64,000 nucleotides of DNA from Neoechinorhynchus agilis (GCA_051530055.1 CM121342.1:12911480-12975479), one strand, 5' to 3'. Positions 40,935 to 53,420 are shown, counted from the first letter of the stretch. A program made the numbers and translations. Notes: a model not told the origin generated them from the letters alone.

Positions 40935-42531
40935 TCATGTTTTCAAAGGATTTCCATTAACACCGATCAGTATCATGTCCATCTTAAATACTATGAATGA
41001 GCCATTTTTATCGGAATTAAATACTCGTGCTTCCCAATAACCCCTCGGATCTTCGAACCAATTGAGAACCGACGTAAATGAATGATTCCTAAATCCGTAT
41101 ACTCTATCCTCGTCAAGAGGCCGAATATCCAACATTTCCACACTGTTATTGGTAGGAGACACAAGCACAATTCTTAGTTTGCCCCTTTGTCCAGGATAAA
41201 AAGAAGGTATGATTTCAACATTTAGAATTACATGTTCCAAACTGGTTATCGCAGACGAGGATGAATCGCAAGCATTCGTATAGACTCGGAAACGTCTCAT
41301 AGAATCGCTTCGCAGCCAAGTCACGCCTGCTATTCGAAATTTACAGATATTAGATTTGGGCAGTTTACGGCCTTTCATCGAAATGGCGTTATCCACAAAA
41401 GATTTGGGATCAAGAATTCCAAACCCAAAATATTTACTTACCCAATATCCAGCTCCATTTTTCCACCATTGTTCATCCGTAGGCCAATAAGATGTCATGT
41501 TCTCATGCTTAACGGACGACATAACTACCAAATACTGGATTTGTCTGTAGTCGAGATGAGGATTTGCTTCAAGTCCAAGTGCAATAATGGCCGCTACCAT
41601 TGGAGCGACGGCTGATGTACCATTAAAATCTCGACACGTACCATTTAGACCCGCAGTTATTATCTGATTTGAAGAGCCATCGCTGGTATATCCAGTTGTC
41701 ATGATGGCGGAACATTTTTCAGCGTAATATGGCGATGAATGGTTTCTTAAAATAGCAGCCACTGCAATCGCGTAATGGGAATTCACTTGTTCATCGGCGG
41801 CACAATTATCAAACAAATGACCACCATTACCAGAGGCAATAACAAAGGAAGATCCTAATCCATTACGCCCTAACCGGGCATTATTAGCAAATATTCGATG
41901 TTCATCCTCATGTATTTCCGCAACCGAGCTACCGTCATCAGAAGGGCCAATGGACATGCTATAAATATCAATCGTTGAATTTATTGTGCAGCGTTGCATT
42001 ATTTATCGATATTAAGCTAAGGAATATAAGCCCAAGAAAGATTATGCATCGCTGCTTTTCTAAGCCGAAGGTTCCTTCGTAAGGTACATTTGTATCGAAA
42101 AAAAGATCAAATGATTGATGTATGTTTAAGCTGATAATTTTGGAATCATAGGCTATACCCACGCCGCAAATATTGTTGTCCGGCTTCCCAGCTATAATTC
42201 CGGCACAGCCATTGCCATGATCAGTAAAAACGCTCGAGTTGGGCAGTGTCGCTAAGACGCGATCGTTTAAATCAGGATGATTTTGTTCGATACCAAAATC
42301 CATTATACCCACAACAACACCTTTTCCAGTATAACCTTCGTCCCAAACCCTTTCGATATTATATGCTGATCGGTGAAGATACCAGCTATCGGGCCATTTC
42401 TCGTCGGTAATCGGCGATAATGTTGTTGATGCTGATAATGAATAATTGCTCGAATGCGCAGATAAATTTTCGTTTTCCGGAAGATTATAGGCAATGGGCA
42501 CGGAGAAAAGGAACAGCAAGATTGTTAACAT
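40935..42531 (-). CDS. Kexin/furin-like proprotein convertase (S8 + P domain), apparently intronless, with one frame break near 41965-42050
   Basis: Signal peptide, catalytic D (GIMDFGIEQNHPDL), H (DHGNGCAG), oxyanion N (ASGNGG) and S (GTSAVAP), and a P domain (SLEHV..RGKLRIVLVSP..W). It may be a pseudogene. Confidence 0.85.
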
Positions 42532-42538
42532 AACTTAA

Positions 42539-42775
42539 CCGTTATTCGAGTAGCCGTCAACTAATGTAGAAATGTCTTATGACTTGGCTATGCGCATTTT
42601 TATATTTGGTGGTTGAAACCGTTATTTGAGTAGCCGTCAACTAATGTAGAAATGTCTTACGACTTGACTATGAGCATTTTTATATTTGATGGTTGAAACC
42701 GTTATTTGAGTAGCCGTCAACTAATGTAGAAATGTCTTATGACTTGGCTATGCGCAATTTTATATTTGATCGCTA
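42539..42775. repeat. 79-bp tandem repeat x3 immediately upstream of the convertase ATG
   Basis: accgttatt.gagtagccgtcaactaatgtagaaatgtctta.gactt recurs at ~42539, ~42618 and ~42697. Confidence 0.92.
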
Positions 42776-43029
42776 AAAAGTTAGTTTTGAGTCGTTTTCG
42801 CTTAAGACTTACCTTCTCACAGTTTTATATTTGGGGGTTAGGAACTACATCGCATTTGTGTTTTATCTACATGATTTAGCTATCGGGTGGGATACTTACC
42901 AATAAATTGGTTCAGAGGATATGTTCTGTTTTTGAACAGAGCCTTCTTCATCCTTAGAAAGAGAATAGAGTCGCTTGATAATGCATGTTCATGCTATCCT
43001 GGTTCGAGAACTAAAGATCATTTTATTGA

Positions 43030-43360
43030 ATGATCCGATCTCTCGACGTCGACCTCTCGCTTGTTGCCGGCCTCTCTCTCGTCGACCGTCATCCTCCAGG
43101 TCCGTTCTCCACTAAGGTTGGATCCGCAATCAAATTCGGGTCCGCTCTCCACTACGGCCAGATCCGCCATCCACTTCCGGATCCGTCGTCCACATTCCGG
43201 ATCCGTCATCCACTCCAAATTCCAGATTCATCATCAACTCCAAAGTAGACAATCACACTAATTTATCCTGTCAGTACTCGAGTGTTCATTAGTTCAGGTG
43301 TTCATGAGGAGCCAGAGGTACATGGTTCCTCTTCTTTAACAAAATAAAACGTGTTATTAT
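43030..43360 (+). mobile_element. 3' end of a CR1/L2-type LINE
   Basis: Pro-rich C-terminal frame and the shared tail gaggtacatggttcc...aataaaacgtgttattat (compare 36270-36330). Confidence 0.6.
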
Positions 43361-43669
43361 GTTTTCAGACATGAAATCATTCACACCACCGCTCTGATTC
43401 ACTTAGCTGCCGTCCGGGTGTAACGGTCGAAAGGACGGATGCAGCGTTCACTAGTTTCACAGCCAGAATTATGTTTTGTAGGAGGAATACTCCTGATCTC
43501 CGATCGCCAGTGATCCGTCTCAATCTCTTAGACCATTGCTTGACCAGTTATGCGCCTCGGTACCAAACGACCCGAGTGTCTCGACGCCAAAGGAAACGAA
43601 ATAATGATTTCGACCCAGGTCCCTGTATTTGGTCTTTTTGTGGTCCTCAGCGGCGGTTTCTGCTATCCG

Positions 43670-44090
43670 TGGTTTAATGATGGTGAATTTTAGGTCGCTG
43701 GCTGCAAATGGCGTCCCAGAGAATGCATTTTCCTTCTCGCCACAGGAATACTGTTACACCGTCAGGTCTACGGCCATTAAGTCGGCAAACATTGCTCGGC
43801 TCTAAGATGTTAGGCGCATTCAAAATATTCAGGGCACAACCAAGAATTGCGTTCACTTGGGCGTGGCCGACAGACGAGACCATGGCGTCCCGACGGATCC
43901 ACAGTCGCTCCGCAACGGCGGCGATGGGATGTGCACATCGATACCTAAAGTCTCAGGGACACTGCAGTCCTTATTGTCCCGTCGGAGAGATAGTTACCCA
44001 CAGAAGCGAATGCGGCAGCGTTGAGCCAAGCACCCGATACTCTTGTGGAGACTGCCGCCAATCGAATTCGTTTCACCAGGTCACGAAAAT
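43670..44090 (-). mobile_element. CRE-type family B fragment (RLE domain)
   Basis: HAQVNAIL..NILEPSNVCRLNGRRPDGVTVFLWREGKCILWDA, homologous to 51676-52245. Confidence 0.85.
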
Positions 44091-45016
44091 CTGAAATTAA
44101 AGAGTTATGAATTCTCGTTACCAGTTATGATTCAAAAACTAATTGTTTGCAAATCTCCACAAAAAATATTAAGCGCGTCCACGAAATCTTAATACAGCCT
44201 GCTCCTAAGGCTAAACAGTGAGCAAGTGAATTTTTGCGATAGCGAACTGAATCCGGGCGTTTTGTCGTTTAATAAAAAGACATTCAATTTCTTTTTCGTT
44301 TCCATCACAATCACTCCTCAGAATCAATCAGCATTCCCGGTGCAAGTTATATGCTTATAATCCGGAAAAAACTCCTTCAATATCTTGACAGTGGCATTAT
44401 GATCTGCCTTTCCGAACGCCTTGAAAAGCGACTAGATTTGTTTACTGTAAATGTAAAACATAATCGAAACCTGTGAATAACCGAACACCTTTATATCCTT
44501 CATCTGACTATCATGAGAAATTTTTCCTCCCTCCAGCACTCTGAATCTTATGTCTTCGAGTTTTTCCTTGATGTCCTCCGTAATTTCATCGAAAATTTGA
44601 GCTTTTTATGGTAGATACGTGAGAAAGCGGTGGTGCTCACTAACTTACTGTGAAACTCATGTTTGGCACTGCCCCGCACGATACATTTGCTGTCGTTTCG
44701 ACTATTGAGTAGCTCTATCAACCGAGAGCTCTATGCATATAGATTTGAAATTGGAATGTAACACTAATTTTCATATTCAGTGGTTTATGCGTCCAAAATA
44801 TAAATACGAGTTGACAGAAAACAAAGCTTGGCAAAAAATAATTCTATTTTAGCAGAAAAGTACTGCACTAAATTATTAATTTCTCAATTGTAAAACCTTT
44901 CTAAAATTGTGTTCATTTGGGAAAAGATTAAAATTGCCAAGTTCCGCTCTTTTATATAAATCAATTATTATGATTCATCAAAAATTTTATAGGTTGCATT
45001 TTAAAGTATTCTTTTA

Positions 45017-47450
45017 AATGTTATGTTTGTTCGGCAGCTTCCTTGATGGCCGCGACCTGCTGGATCGCATATCGCCGGTGGCATGCTTTAGCAACCCTCC
45101 CAGTCGTGAGAGGAAATAATCGACTTCTTTGCCGAGACATCCCAGTGTTTCCACCGCAATCGGGATGAAAATATATTGATGTCCATCGAGCGAGGAGTAC
45201 TTCTGCCGCTTCTTTTCCTCGCTGAAGCTGGCGACTGCTCCCGCCTTTGAGGTGGCATCCCGTAAGTGGTATGCTGCGAGCGTGTTGGGGCAGGTAAAAT
45301 CCCAAACCAGTATTTTCCCGGAGCACCATGGGAGGAGAGTCGCTCCATCAGGGCGTTTACCGTCGTTCCGGGAGAGTCCAACTGGTTCGAGTCGAGCTGG
45401 AAAACCGGCCGTTGAGAGTGCTTCCTTGATTATGCGGTTGACTGCTGAGTGCCGTGCGTGGCGAGCAGTTGAACGCTTGCAGTCAGGGCCGTGAGTTCCC
45501 GATCCGTTAACTGTCTCACCGCACCGACACGTATATGAGCCTGAGAATTCGATGCCCAACCGAAGTCCCACAGCGACGGTGATGGCCTGATCATCCAGCC
45601 TCGTGCCAACAGATGTGATTGGGAAAGCCTTCAAGAAGTCGCTGGAGTTTGGAGCCGAGACTGCCAGGAGACGAGCTCTATCGTTGGGAGATGAGCATGA
45701 GTAAAGAAGCTGCTGATAATACGCAGTGTGGAGCAAGGGAGTCCAACGTTTTTGGGAGTTTATTTCCGTTGGAACGACCTGCCGGAACACTGACGTCCAT
45801 TGAGCGTGCGCTTCGATCAGTTAAGGCGGTGGATGTGACTCGTGTCGAATGTGTGGTGGGATGATTCTCAGCACCAGGTCTGAAGAGACCGAGATCGACG
45901 ACGAAAAGGCAGGAATTGCTACTTCGGTGGCGCTCTGGATGCCAAGACCGCCGAATCGAATGGGAAGGATCGCCTGTTTCCATGCTGTGTCGGACAGTCG
46001 TAGGTTAAGTACTTCTGACAGGGTTGATCGAACGCAGTTGTCGAAATCCCTAGTGAGCACTGACTTGAAGCATGGAGAAGTCGTCAGAAGGTAAGCGATC
46101 TTCTGTAGCGACAGACATCGTCCTGGTATGAACAGAGCGTCGTGTCGCGCGATGTGCAAGAGCCTGGAGGCTGTGAGCCGCAATTGATCGATGTCTTTTG
46201 AGAGGAACGTTTCCAGGTTAGACAGGTTATCTATCGATTGGAGACCCGAGAATGTCAGCTGAGTCGGTTTCATTTGTCTTTGTTCCGGGTAGTACGGTGA
46301 GCAGTCTCGATGCATCCTCTTGGTCGTCCGAAATGATTTCGCATTTGTCCGTTCTCAGGAATAGTCCGATATCGGCACCCATTACGGAGATGTTTTTGAT
46401 GTCGCGAGTGAGCTGGTCGATCTCCCCTCCAATGCAACAGTCGTCGAGGTACCAGATCGACAAATCTGACGAAGAGCTGTGGGCGAGATGATTGATCGTC
46501 AATGAGAACAGCAGAGGACCTAAAGGATTACCTTGTTGAACACCCTCTGCTGATTCGACCTGGAACTCGCCAAACAGCAGCATGCTGGACTGGTCGTAGC
46601 ACAAGGACACATATTGGTAGATTTCTGGTATGTGCTGGCGGACAACCTCTGTCATCGCGGTGCGGCATATTGAATTGAACGCGTTCTCCATGTCAAGCTT
46701 GACCATAGCCGTTCCCTTACGGATACCATTTCGACTATACGCTCGTGCTGAGTGTACGGCCGCCTCGGCTCCAGCATTAACTCCGACTCCTAATTGAACC
46801 GGCAAGAGTTGATCGATCAATCGATCGGTGGCGAACTGACACGCGACTTGGGATGCCAGTCGACGGAAGGTTCAACCAACGGCAATGGGACGAACCCCTC
46901 CACCTTTTTTTTGTGAAAACGATCAGCTTGGCACCGCAGAGTAGACGCGCGACTGGAGGAGGTACGGAACCGCGGACGATTACGCGCGTGAGCTCGGTGA
47001 TTGCGTTCAGCAATCGTGTACCTTGAGCTCCAGAAGAGAAGCAGGTCAAATCCCGTAAGTGTCGAGGGCTTAAACCATCATGCCCTCCAGCTGACGATGG
47101 CGGAAAGGACATCAGAGCGTAAGTGACGGTGGAGACTGTAATGGGTAAGAGAGGATCGCGGTCGGACTCTGTGAACGACGGAACATAATTTGGCTTGAAG
47201 CAACTCCGTCTGCGTGGAGTTCGGTGCGAGTAGGCGGTCCGTTCCGCTTACAAGTCGAACGGCACCCCTCAGGTCGCCGTCCTCCAGCTTCTCGGAGCAT
47301 TTCGCACGTAGTTCAGAGTCCGGGTCGTTAGGAAAATTACGGCGATGGCTCTGCCATCCAAGATGTTCGACTTGTTCAAAGGACTCGAAAGCGTCGGACC
47401 TGTTGCGAATCTTTTGATTGAGCGATTGATTCTCGTTGGCTTCAGCAGTA
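45017..47450 (-). mobile_element. Second copy of CRE-type family A, 5'-truncated, with deletions and frameshifts
   Basis: Long near-identical stretches to 32540-35060, with RT and RLE motifs. Confidence 0.95.
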
Positions 47451-47672
47451 TAAAAAATTTTTTTAGCTAATCTAACGTTTCGATTTTATTAGAATTCAAT
47501 CTGATCTGAGTACAACGCTCCCACGATACTTCAGCCGAATGTATACGAGCTACTGCAGGAAATGGTGACAAGATTTTGTACGATTCATACTATCATTCAC
47601 CTGATTCTTCCGTGTCACATTCCTTTCGCCGTTATACTCCTCGCATTCCAGTTTGTTATCTACTAAACTGCA

Positions 47673-48014
47673 ATGCCGACTATAAAAGTCAAGGAGCCAG
47701 TTAAGCATATCAATGTGGAGGGGATGTTTGTTGGTCTACATAAAGGTTACCGGGTGACTCGGAAACCTCGAAAGGAAGTTCAAAAAGTGAAGAAAGGAAA
47801 GATTTCTCGGAATAATTTCATAAAGGAACTCGTTCATGAGATCGTCGGATATTCGCCGTATGAGAAACGAGCGATGGAGTTGCTTAAAAGTGGAAAAGAC
47901 AAACGGACGCTCAAATTCCTTAAGAAGCGTCTTGGTGGGCACAAAAGAGGTAAGAAAAAGCGTGATGAGCTGCAGGGCATTATTGCCGTGCAGCGGCAAA
48001 AGGTCACTGGCTGA
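47673..48014 (+). CDS. RPL36: 60S ribosomal protein L36, intronless CDS
   Basis: VGLHKGYRVT, FIKELVHEIVGYSPYEKRAMELLK..KDKRTLKFLKKRLGGHKRGKKKRDEL. AATAAA follows the stop. Confidence 0.97.
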   Translation: MPTIKVKEPVKHINVEGMFVGLHKGYRVTRKPRKEVQKVKKGKISRNNFIKELVHEIVGYSPYEKRAMELLKSGKDKRTLKFLKKRLGGHKRGKKKRDELQGIIAVQRQKVTG

Positions 48015-48127
48015 TTTATGGTAAAATAAAGTGAAGGACTCTATCAACGGTTCGTTAATGGCAAGAAAGTTAATTTTTGCTTTTCTATCATGGCGGTCAA
48101 GGAAACGCCGAACTGCGGATTAGTGTT

Positions 48128-48340
48128 AAAGAAGAGGAGCATCGTTATTAGCCACCTCGGATTCCTCAAGGTCCTTGAGCGTTACACTGAGATCCGGTCG
48201 CTTTCAACAAGAAGTTAGCGGTAACCCGAGTCCTCCGCCGTTATGTATCCTTCGCAGATTCTGGATCACCGCTGAGGACTTTTACCAGCTTCCGGTTCCT
48301 AAGGGACCTGTTTGTCAACTGCAGCAGCGATGGCTCCTTT
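48128..48340 (-). ncRNA. Candidate RNase MRP (or RNase P) RNA
   Basis: Terminal helix GGAGCCATCG/CGATGCTCC, a P3-like domain with a GACAAACA loop, CR-I-like GTAAAAGTCCTC, helix AGCGGTGA/TTACCGCT, a P19-like hairpin CTCAAGG/CCTTGAG and CR-V-like GTGGCTAAT. P4 has one T-T mismatch. Confidence 0.55.
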
Positions 48341-49203
48341 TTTAGCGTTTCCCACTCCTTGAATACGGGTCATTTATCTTCACTATAGAAATTTACATAT
48401 AATGTCGCATTGAGAAACTATATTGTTCTGAAATGAATTGCATTGTGAAATTTTTGAACACCACTGTGGTCAGTATTTTTCAAGAAAAAAACATGTGAAT
48501 AAGACACTTAAACAGTGGCAAACCCTAAGGTAATGTCAGAATTATCCAACGTGAAATATCGGGGAAATAAATTAGTGAATTTTTGAATCCGTCGGAGTGA
48601 CAAAACTAAAAAGACAGAGGAAAGGAGAAAACATTCAGTCTAAGACAGTTCTATCTTCTTTCCTGCTCTTAAACAATTCAATATGTAAAACCACTAAAAA
48701 GTTAATTTTATTTTGGTGCGTTATCAACAATGGACAAATGGACTTTCATTCGAACGTAAAATGTGAAAAAAAATAATATTTGTCGCATTCACCGTTTCCC
48801 TTGTTCTTTATTCGATGTCGCCCATAACTCCAATCTCTCGTGCTTAGCAACTCAAGACAATCACGTATCCAGTGTATCTTTACAAAGTGTTTACATGGAT
48901 ATGGTCGTTCTGTTATCAGAATTTATCATCTAATTATACCCATTGAATACTTTTTCTTATAAAAAGTATCGCTTTAACAGTCTATTTAAATAGTTTAGGA
49001 AATTCGAACAAATGCACCCGAAACATTATTTTAACTTGCAGACTGCAATTATCCTCTTTAATTTAAGCTTAACGAAAATAATCACAATCCACATTCGGCT
49101 CATGCCGTCTTCAACAATCTTAAACTTGCTTGTTTTTCACTAACGCTCAAACGTATAAATAGGGCCTATAAACTCAATCGCGTTACGACCTTTTGCTTCA
49201 CGA

Positions 49204-49455
49204 ATGAACGCTCTTCTCCGTATCGTCGTTTGGGTTTCTATTGCTACCGTTGGTGCGTTCAGATACAATCCTCTGAAGAGAAAAGGCAGGAAAAGACAAC
49301 CCGACCAACTAGATTGGACATGCGCTGAAGTTGGTAGCACGAAGATGCTTTCAGGGGAACTCGATACCCGTGATCCTCGAATGGATTCTGCGGCAGATAA
49401 AAACTCAACTGCAAGCTTTAAAGGCGGTAAAGAGAAAAACAGAAAGTCTAAGTAA
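49204..49455 (+). CDS. Putative small secreted basic protein or peptide precursor
   Basis: 83-aa ORF with a signal-peptide-like N-terminus (MNALLRIVVWVSIATVGA) followed by KRKGRKR. No recognised homology. Confidence 0.35.
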   Translation: MNALLRIVVWVSIATVGAFRYNPLKRKGRKRQPDQLDWTCAEVGSTKMLSGELDTRDPRMDSAADKNSTASFKGGKEKNRKSK

Positions 49456-50180
49456 TTACTCATGAATGAAGAAATAAATCATTCAAGAGTAATTGTTTAA
49501 GGAAAATGCTGCTATGAAGACGAATGTTAAAATAAATCGTCGCAAAGTAAAACGTGAAAAAAATAGTCTTTAGTCAATGTGCCATTGTTCACACAGCTAA
49601 CGAACTTTTAAAAACCTATCGATAAGGCAGGTTAGTTATAGAGAAACAGAAAATCTTTATTTTCGAGCTTTCGCCGTCTTATGGCTTTTTCATGAATTTA
49701 CAAAGGTGCGTGTATTTGTGAAGTGTACGTTAAAGTAACGAAATCGAAGTGGAAAGTTCATTCCGTCTGTTGAGCAGTTCTGTGGCTCTGTAGAGATTAT
49801 GTCCTGAGTTCTCATTCCCATTGTTTGCGGAAACACCTTCCCTTCCATCCCCATGGGAAATAAGCAGTGCTTCGGCGATAGATAGTTCCACCGAGTTCTT
49901 TTTTCCACAAATCTGACTCGCATCAAAAGTATCGCTGTGGCACTCTGATTGGTGCTTTACCATGGTGTTACCATAATTATAAAATTCACGAACATACGTC
50001 GTTTGCCAACAACCGATCTAGATTTTAAAATAAATTGCATTTTCAGTGGGTTGAGCGACAAGCCCTTTTGTGGGAGAATAGAATAAAGACTTGAGAGTAA
50101 ATCTGAGTCTCTTTATGGCTGCTCAATAGTTCGCTTCCGTGATCACCACAGTGAAATCATTTGCATATAGGGTTAAATCA

Positions 50181-50700
50181 TTACAAACCCTTCAATTCTA
50201 GAAATTGGGAAGCCAAGTAGAAAAGGATGGGCGAGAGCGGGGACCCTTGCTGAACTCCTTTCGTTTGACGATAGATCTGGTGAGATGTGTCATCTTGATT
50301 AAAAAATTGCTTAGATTTCATAGTGAGATTATAAGGGAAGTGGAAATAACGAAGGATGTTTATTATAAAATCGATATCGATGTTTTCGTAAGCCTTGGAG
50401 ATATCGAAGTCGATTAAAATGTTCATTGATTTCTGATTTGAATACCAATTAGTGATAATTTCAGTCGTTGTCGTCTGAACCGATTTATGGGGAAAATCGT
50501 GGCATCTCCGGTCGATGCAGTCGTTAGCGCTTTAGCAAGAGCCCGTTCATAAATAGAAACCAGTGATTTCTGAATGAATATAGGACGAACATCCCCTTCG
50601 GCTACGACCTTTTTGCCCTTCTTTTTAATAAGGAAAATACGTTTCGAAAAAGTTAATTTGAGCCCATTCTCCGGGGGACGAAGTTGACTTTGTCAAGTGT
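50181..50700 (-). mobile_element. Degenerate non-LTR reverse-transcriptase fragment of a further family
   Basis: FLIKKKGKKVVAEGDVRPI, DFDISKAYENID and KGVQQGSPLSPILF. Confidence 0.75.
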
Positions 50701-51675
50701 ATTAGTGGCTTTGAGGCATATTGATGAGCCTAGTGATCTCCACCATTGTACAATATCAGATACTTGGAGATCAGGGCGTCCTTGCTTCATTGGTTAGAAA
50801 ACAGCGTGAGGCACTAGTGAAAACCCATCGGAATGGAAGCTAAAGAGCATTTTCACCACATTGTCAAGTCCCGGGGTTTTGATCAACGACGCAGCCGCAT
50901 GGTACCCAATAACTAATTTTTTCTTAGAAACGGCATGCCACCATTGAGAAGAAATCGGAAGGAGCAATCTAATCCTCCCTCTGCCCTTATTCAATTGGAA
51001 ATGAGCCCATATGACCAGTATAAAGCAGACCAGAATTTAAAAGATGAAAAGTTGCCCTGGTTCTTCACACATAGGGAAAGAGCACTCGGGGGCCGCAGAA
51101 GCGATTAACTTGCTTGACCGTAGTGAGCAAGTCGGTGCTGGAGGATATTAAAAAGCTATTGATCTCTCCTAGCGTACCGCTCTTGCTACCGGTGAAAAGA
51201 ATTTTAAGGCAGTGTTAAAGAGGTGGATGTTTAGGAACCCGAGTTTAAATTTCTTACAAAGTAGGAGATTCTTTTTTAAGCTCCATATGATATAATCGTG
51301 ACCAGCTCTGAGAAACGGCAAGCGGTTTTATAGCACATCTCCTCCGCCACAGGCATAGGTCCAAATAGGACAGGGAGGAGGGCGACTGAAATGTGGGAAA
51401 AGTCGGGGAAATAATGTCATGGGAATCGGTTGCTGTTATAACTGCTCGCAATCATTTCCGGAGTGGATCATTAAATTATCCGAAGATGAAATCTATCCCG
51501 GAATTTAAAATATTAATTAAAAAGGTTTTAGATTCTGATAAATGGATTATACTGGGTCTGATGTAGATATTACATGCTAAAAAGACATTTCCGTCAAGGA
51601 TAATATAAAAAATCGCATAAGACATGTTTGCAGATACAAATTCAGATATATGTTTAGGTAGGAGATATATAAGGA

Positions 51676-53010
51676 TTATAAAATCGTTATAAAAACTGCT
51701 GATGCTACTTGGAAGATCGGTGTGGTCGCGACCACACTCGCTGCGTTTCCTCTTTGGATCGCGAGACCAATGTTTTGGCGCAGGAAGGCACCAGCTCCTG
51801 TATTTCCTTTCTTGGCATGGAGTCTACTCGATAACTCCTTCGTAAATCTAAGTGCCGAGCTACCGAGCGCACCAAGAGTCTCCACTCCGAAGGATACAAA
51901 AACGTGAGACCTACTTAATTCTTTATATTTCGCGACCTTTCGGTCCTCCGCGGCAATCGCCGCTCCCCCTGGAGACTGCACCGCAAACTTCCTGTTGCTT
52001 GCCGCGGACGTGTCTACACACGTGGCGTCAAAGAGAAGACATTTGCCTTCTCGCCACGGGAATAAGGTGACGCCATCCGGGCGACGGCCATCTAGCCTGC
52101 ACAGGTTGCTTGGCCCTAAAATGTTTGGGACGTTCACCGTATTTAGGGCACGCGAAATTACGTCGTTCAATTCAGCATGACGTGAGAAACGGCCCTCTGA
52201 TTTGTTGCAAACAAGGCCATGTTTCCCCAGTGGATCCACGATCATTCCACACCGGCAACGATGTTTGACACAAATCGGTAGACGCGAAGTGTACGTAAAG
52301 TGGCGTATATTTTCGGATCACAGTGCCGATAATTTGGACTCATCTCCTTGAAACACAACCTAACTAATAGAGTGCAAACGATGAAATTCTGGCGGCGCCA
52401 GCCATCCTTTAAGATTACTTAAGTTTACAAAGAATTCGTATTATTTATCCCCAAGCCACCGGATTTCGCCAGGCCTTGTCTGATAGCTGGATATTTCAAA
52501 TGCGCTCCAGACACGCCTTCACAGTGCCATCGAGCTTCTTTAACTTATCGACGTACTTGAAGGAGGAAGCCGTGCGCAGTTTATAAAGTAGTTTCAAGAT
52601 GAAGAGGGTATTCTTGGTCAGGAATAGAGCTTCGTGTGACGAAAGTTCCCGGACTCTATCGCACCGCATCGTGATGTTCGGGAGTAAATGGTCGATTTCA
52701 TTTTCAACATTAGAATCAAAAACGCAGCTCCCTAGAAGACTCAGCCGGTGTAGAGTTATCGATTCTAAACCGGGTGCCGAATTTCTAAAACCTTTGAAGA
52801 TTTCGCTCTGCGCTGACTCGTTTTCGATGTTCGTTAAAAACAGTTCGCATTTCCCTGCATTGAGCTCAACGCCCAATCTCGCAGTCTCCCTTGCGAGTGT
52901 CTGCAGATCGCGCACGCCTCCGAGCGTAGCGTCATCCAGGTACCAAGTGTTAAAGCTGGACTGGAGAGAGTGCGCTATTGAATTCACTGCAACGGAGAAA
53001 GCGACATCTG
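51676..53010 (-). mobile_element. CRE-type family B element, 3' half with internal deletion
   Basis: RT (FNTWYLDDATLGG), CRCG..D..G.H.LVC knuckle, RRPDGVT..FDATC and FGVETLG. Confidence 0.9.
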
Positions 53011-53039
53011 AGATATTTAGAATTGGAGTTTGAAAATGA

Positions 53040-53420
53040 AAAATTATATAAACACGTTTTATTGATTAAGAAGAACGATCCATACACTTGCCAGCATCTA
53101 TCTTTGATGAAGGTGTCTGGATGACGGATGTTGAAGGCAAGGGAGGTGGGACTTGTTTTTGAAGGGGTGTTAATGTGCGATCGGAGGCTTTGTACAGGAG
53201 ATGACCGATTGGGAGTCTTTCCTTGTTCTCCGGTTATTAAGGAAAGATTGGGCTTGAGGGAAGAAAGATTTTTGGTAGAAAGTGGTATGAGCGAGGGGGG
53301 GAAGAAAAAGGTTGGGGTTACGGGTGTTTACGAAGGAAGAGTATTTAGAGATGAGGGAAGAAAATTGTGGAGGGGGTTGAAGAAGACGAGCAGCGTTTTT
53401 GGAGAAAATGGAGTGTAGGT
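53040..53420 (-). mobile_element. 3' end of a CR1/L2-type LINE
   Basis: Tail aaacacgttttatt shared with the 36270 element, plus a Pro/Ser-rich minus-strand frame. Confidence 0.55.

Noticed and set aside
42893-42905. ATACTTACC as a U1 snRNA 5' end
   Set aside because: The match stops at 9 nt, with no stem-loops or Sm site.
44220-44640. Broken minus-strand frames (QIFDEITEDIKEKL..., LFKAFGKADHN...)
   Set aside because: They look protein-like but have multiple stops and no recognisable family. Too weak to call.
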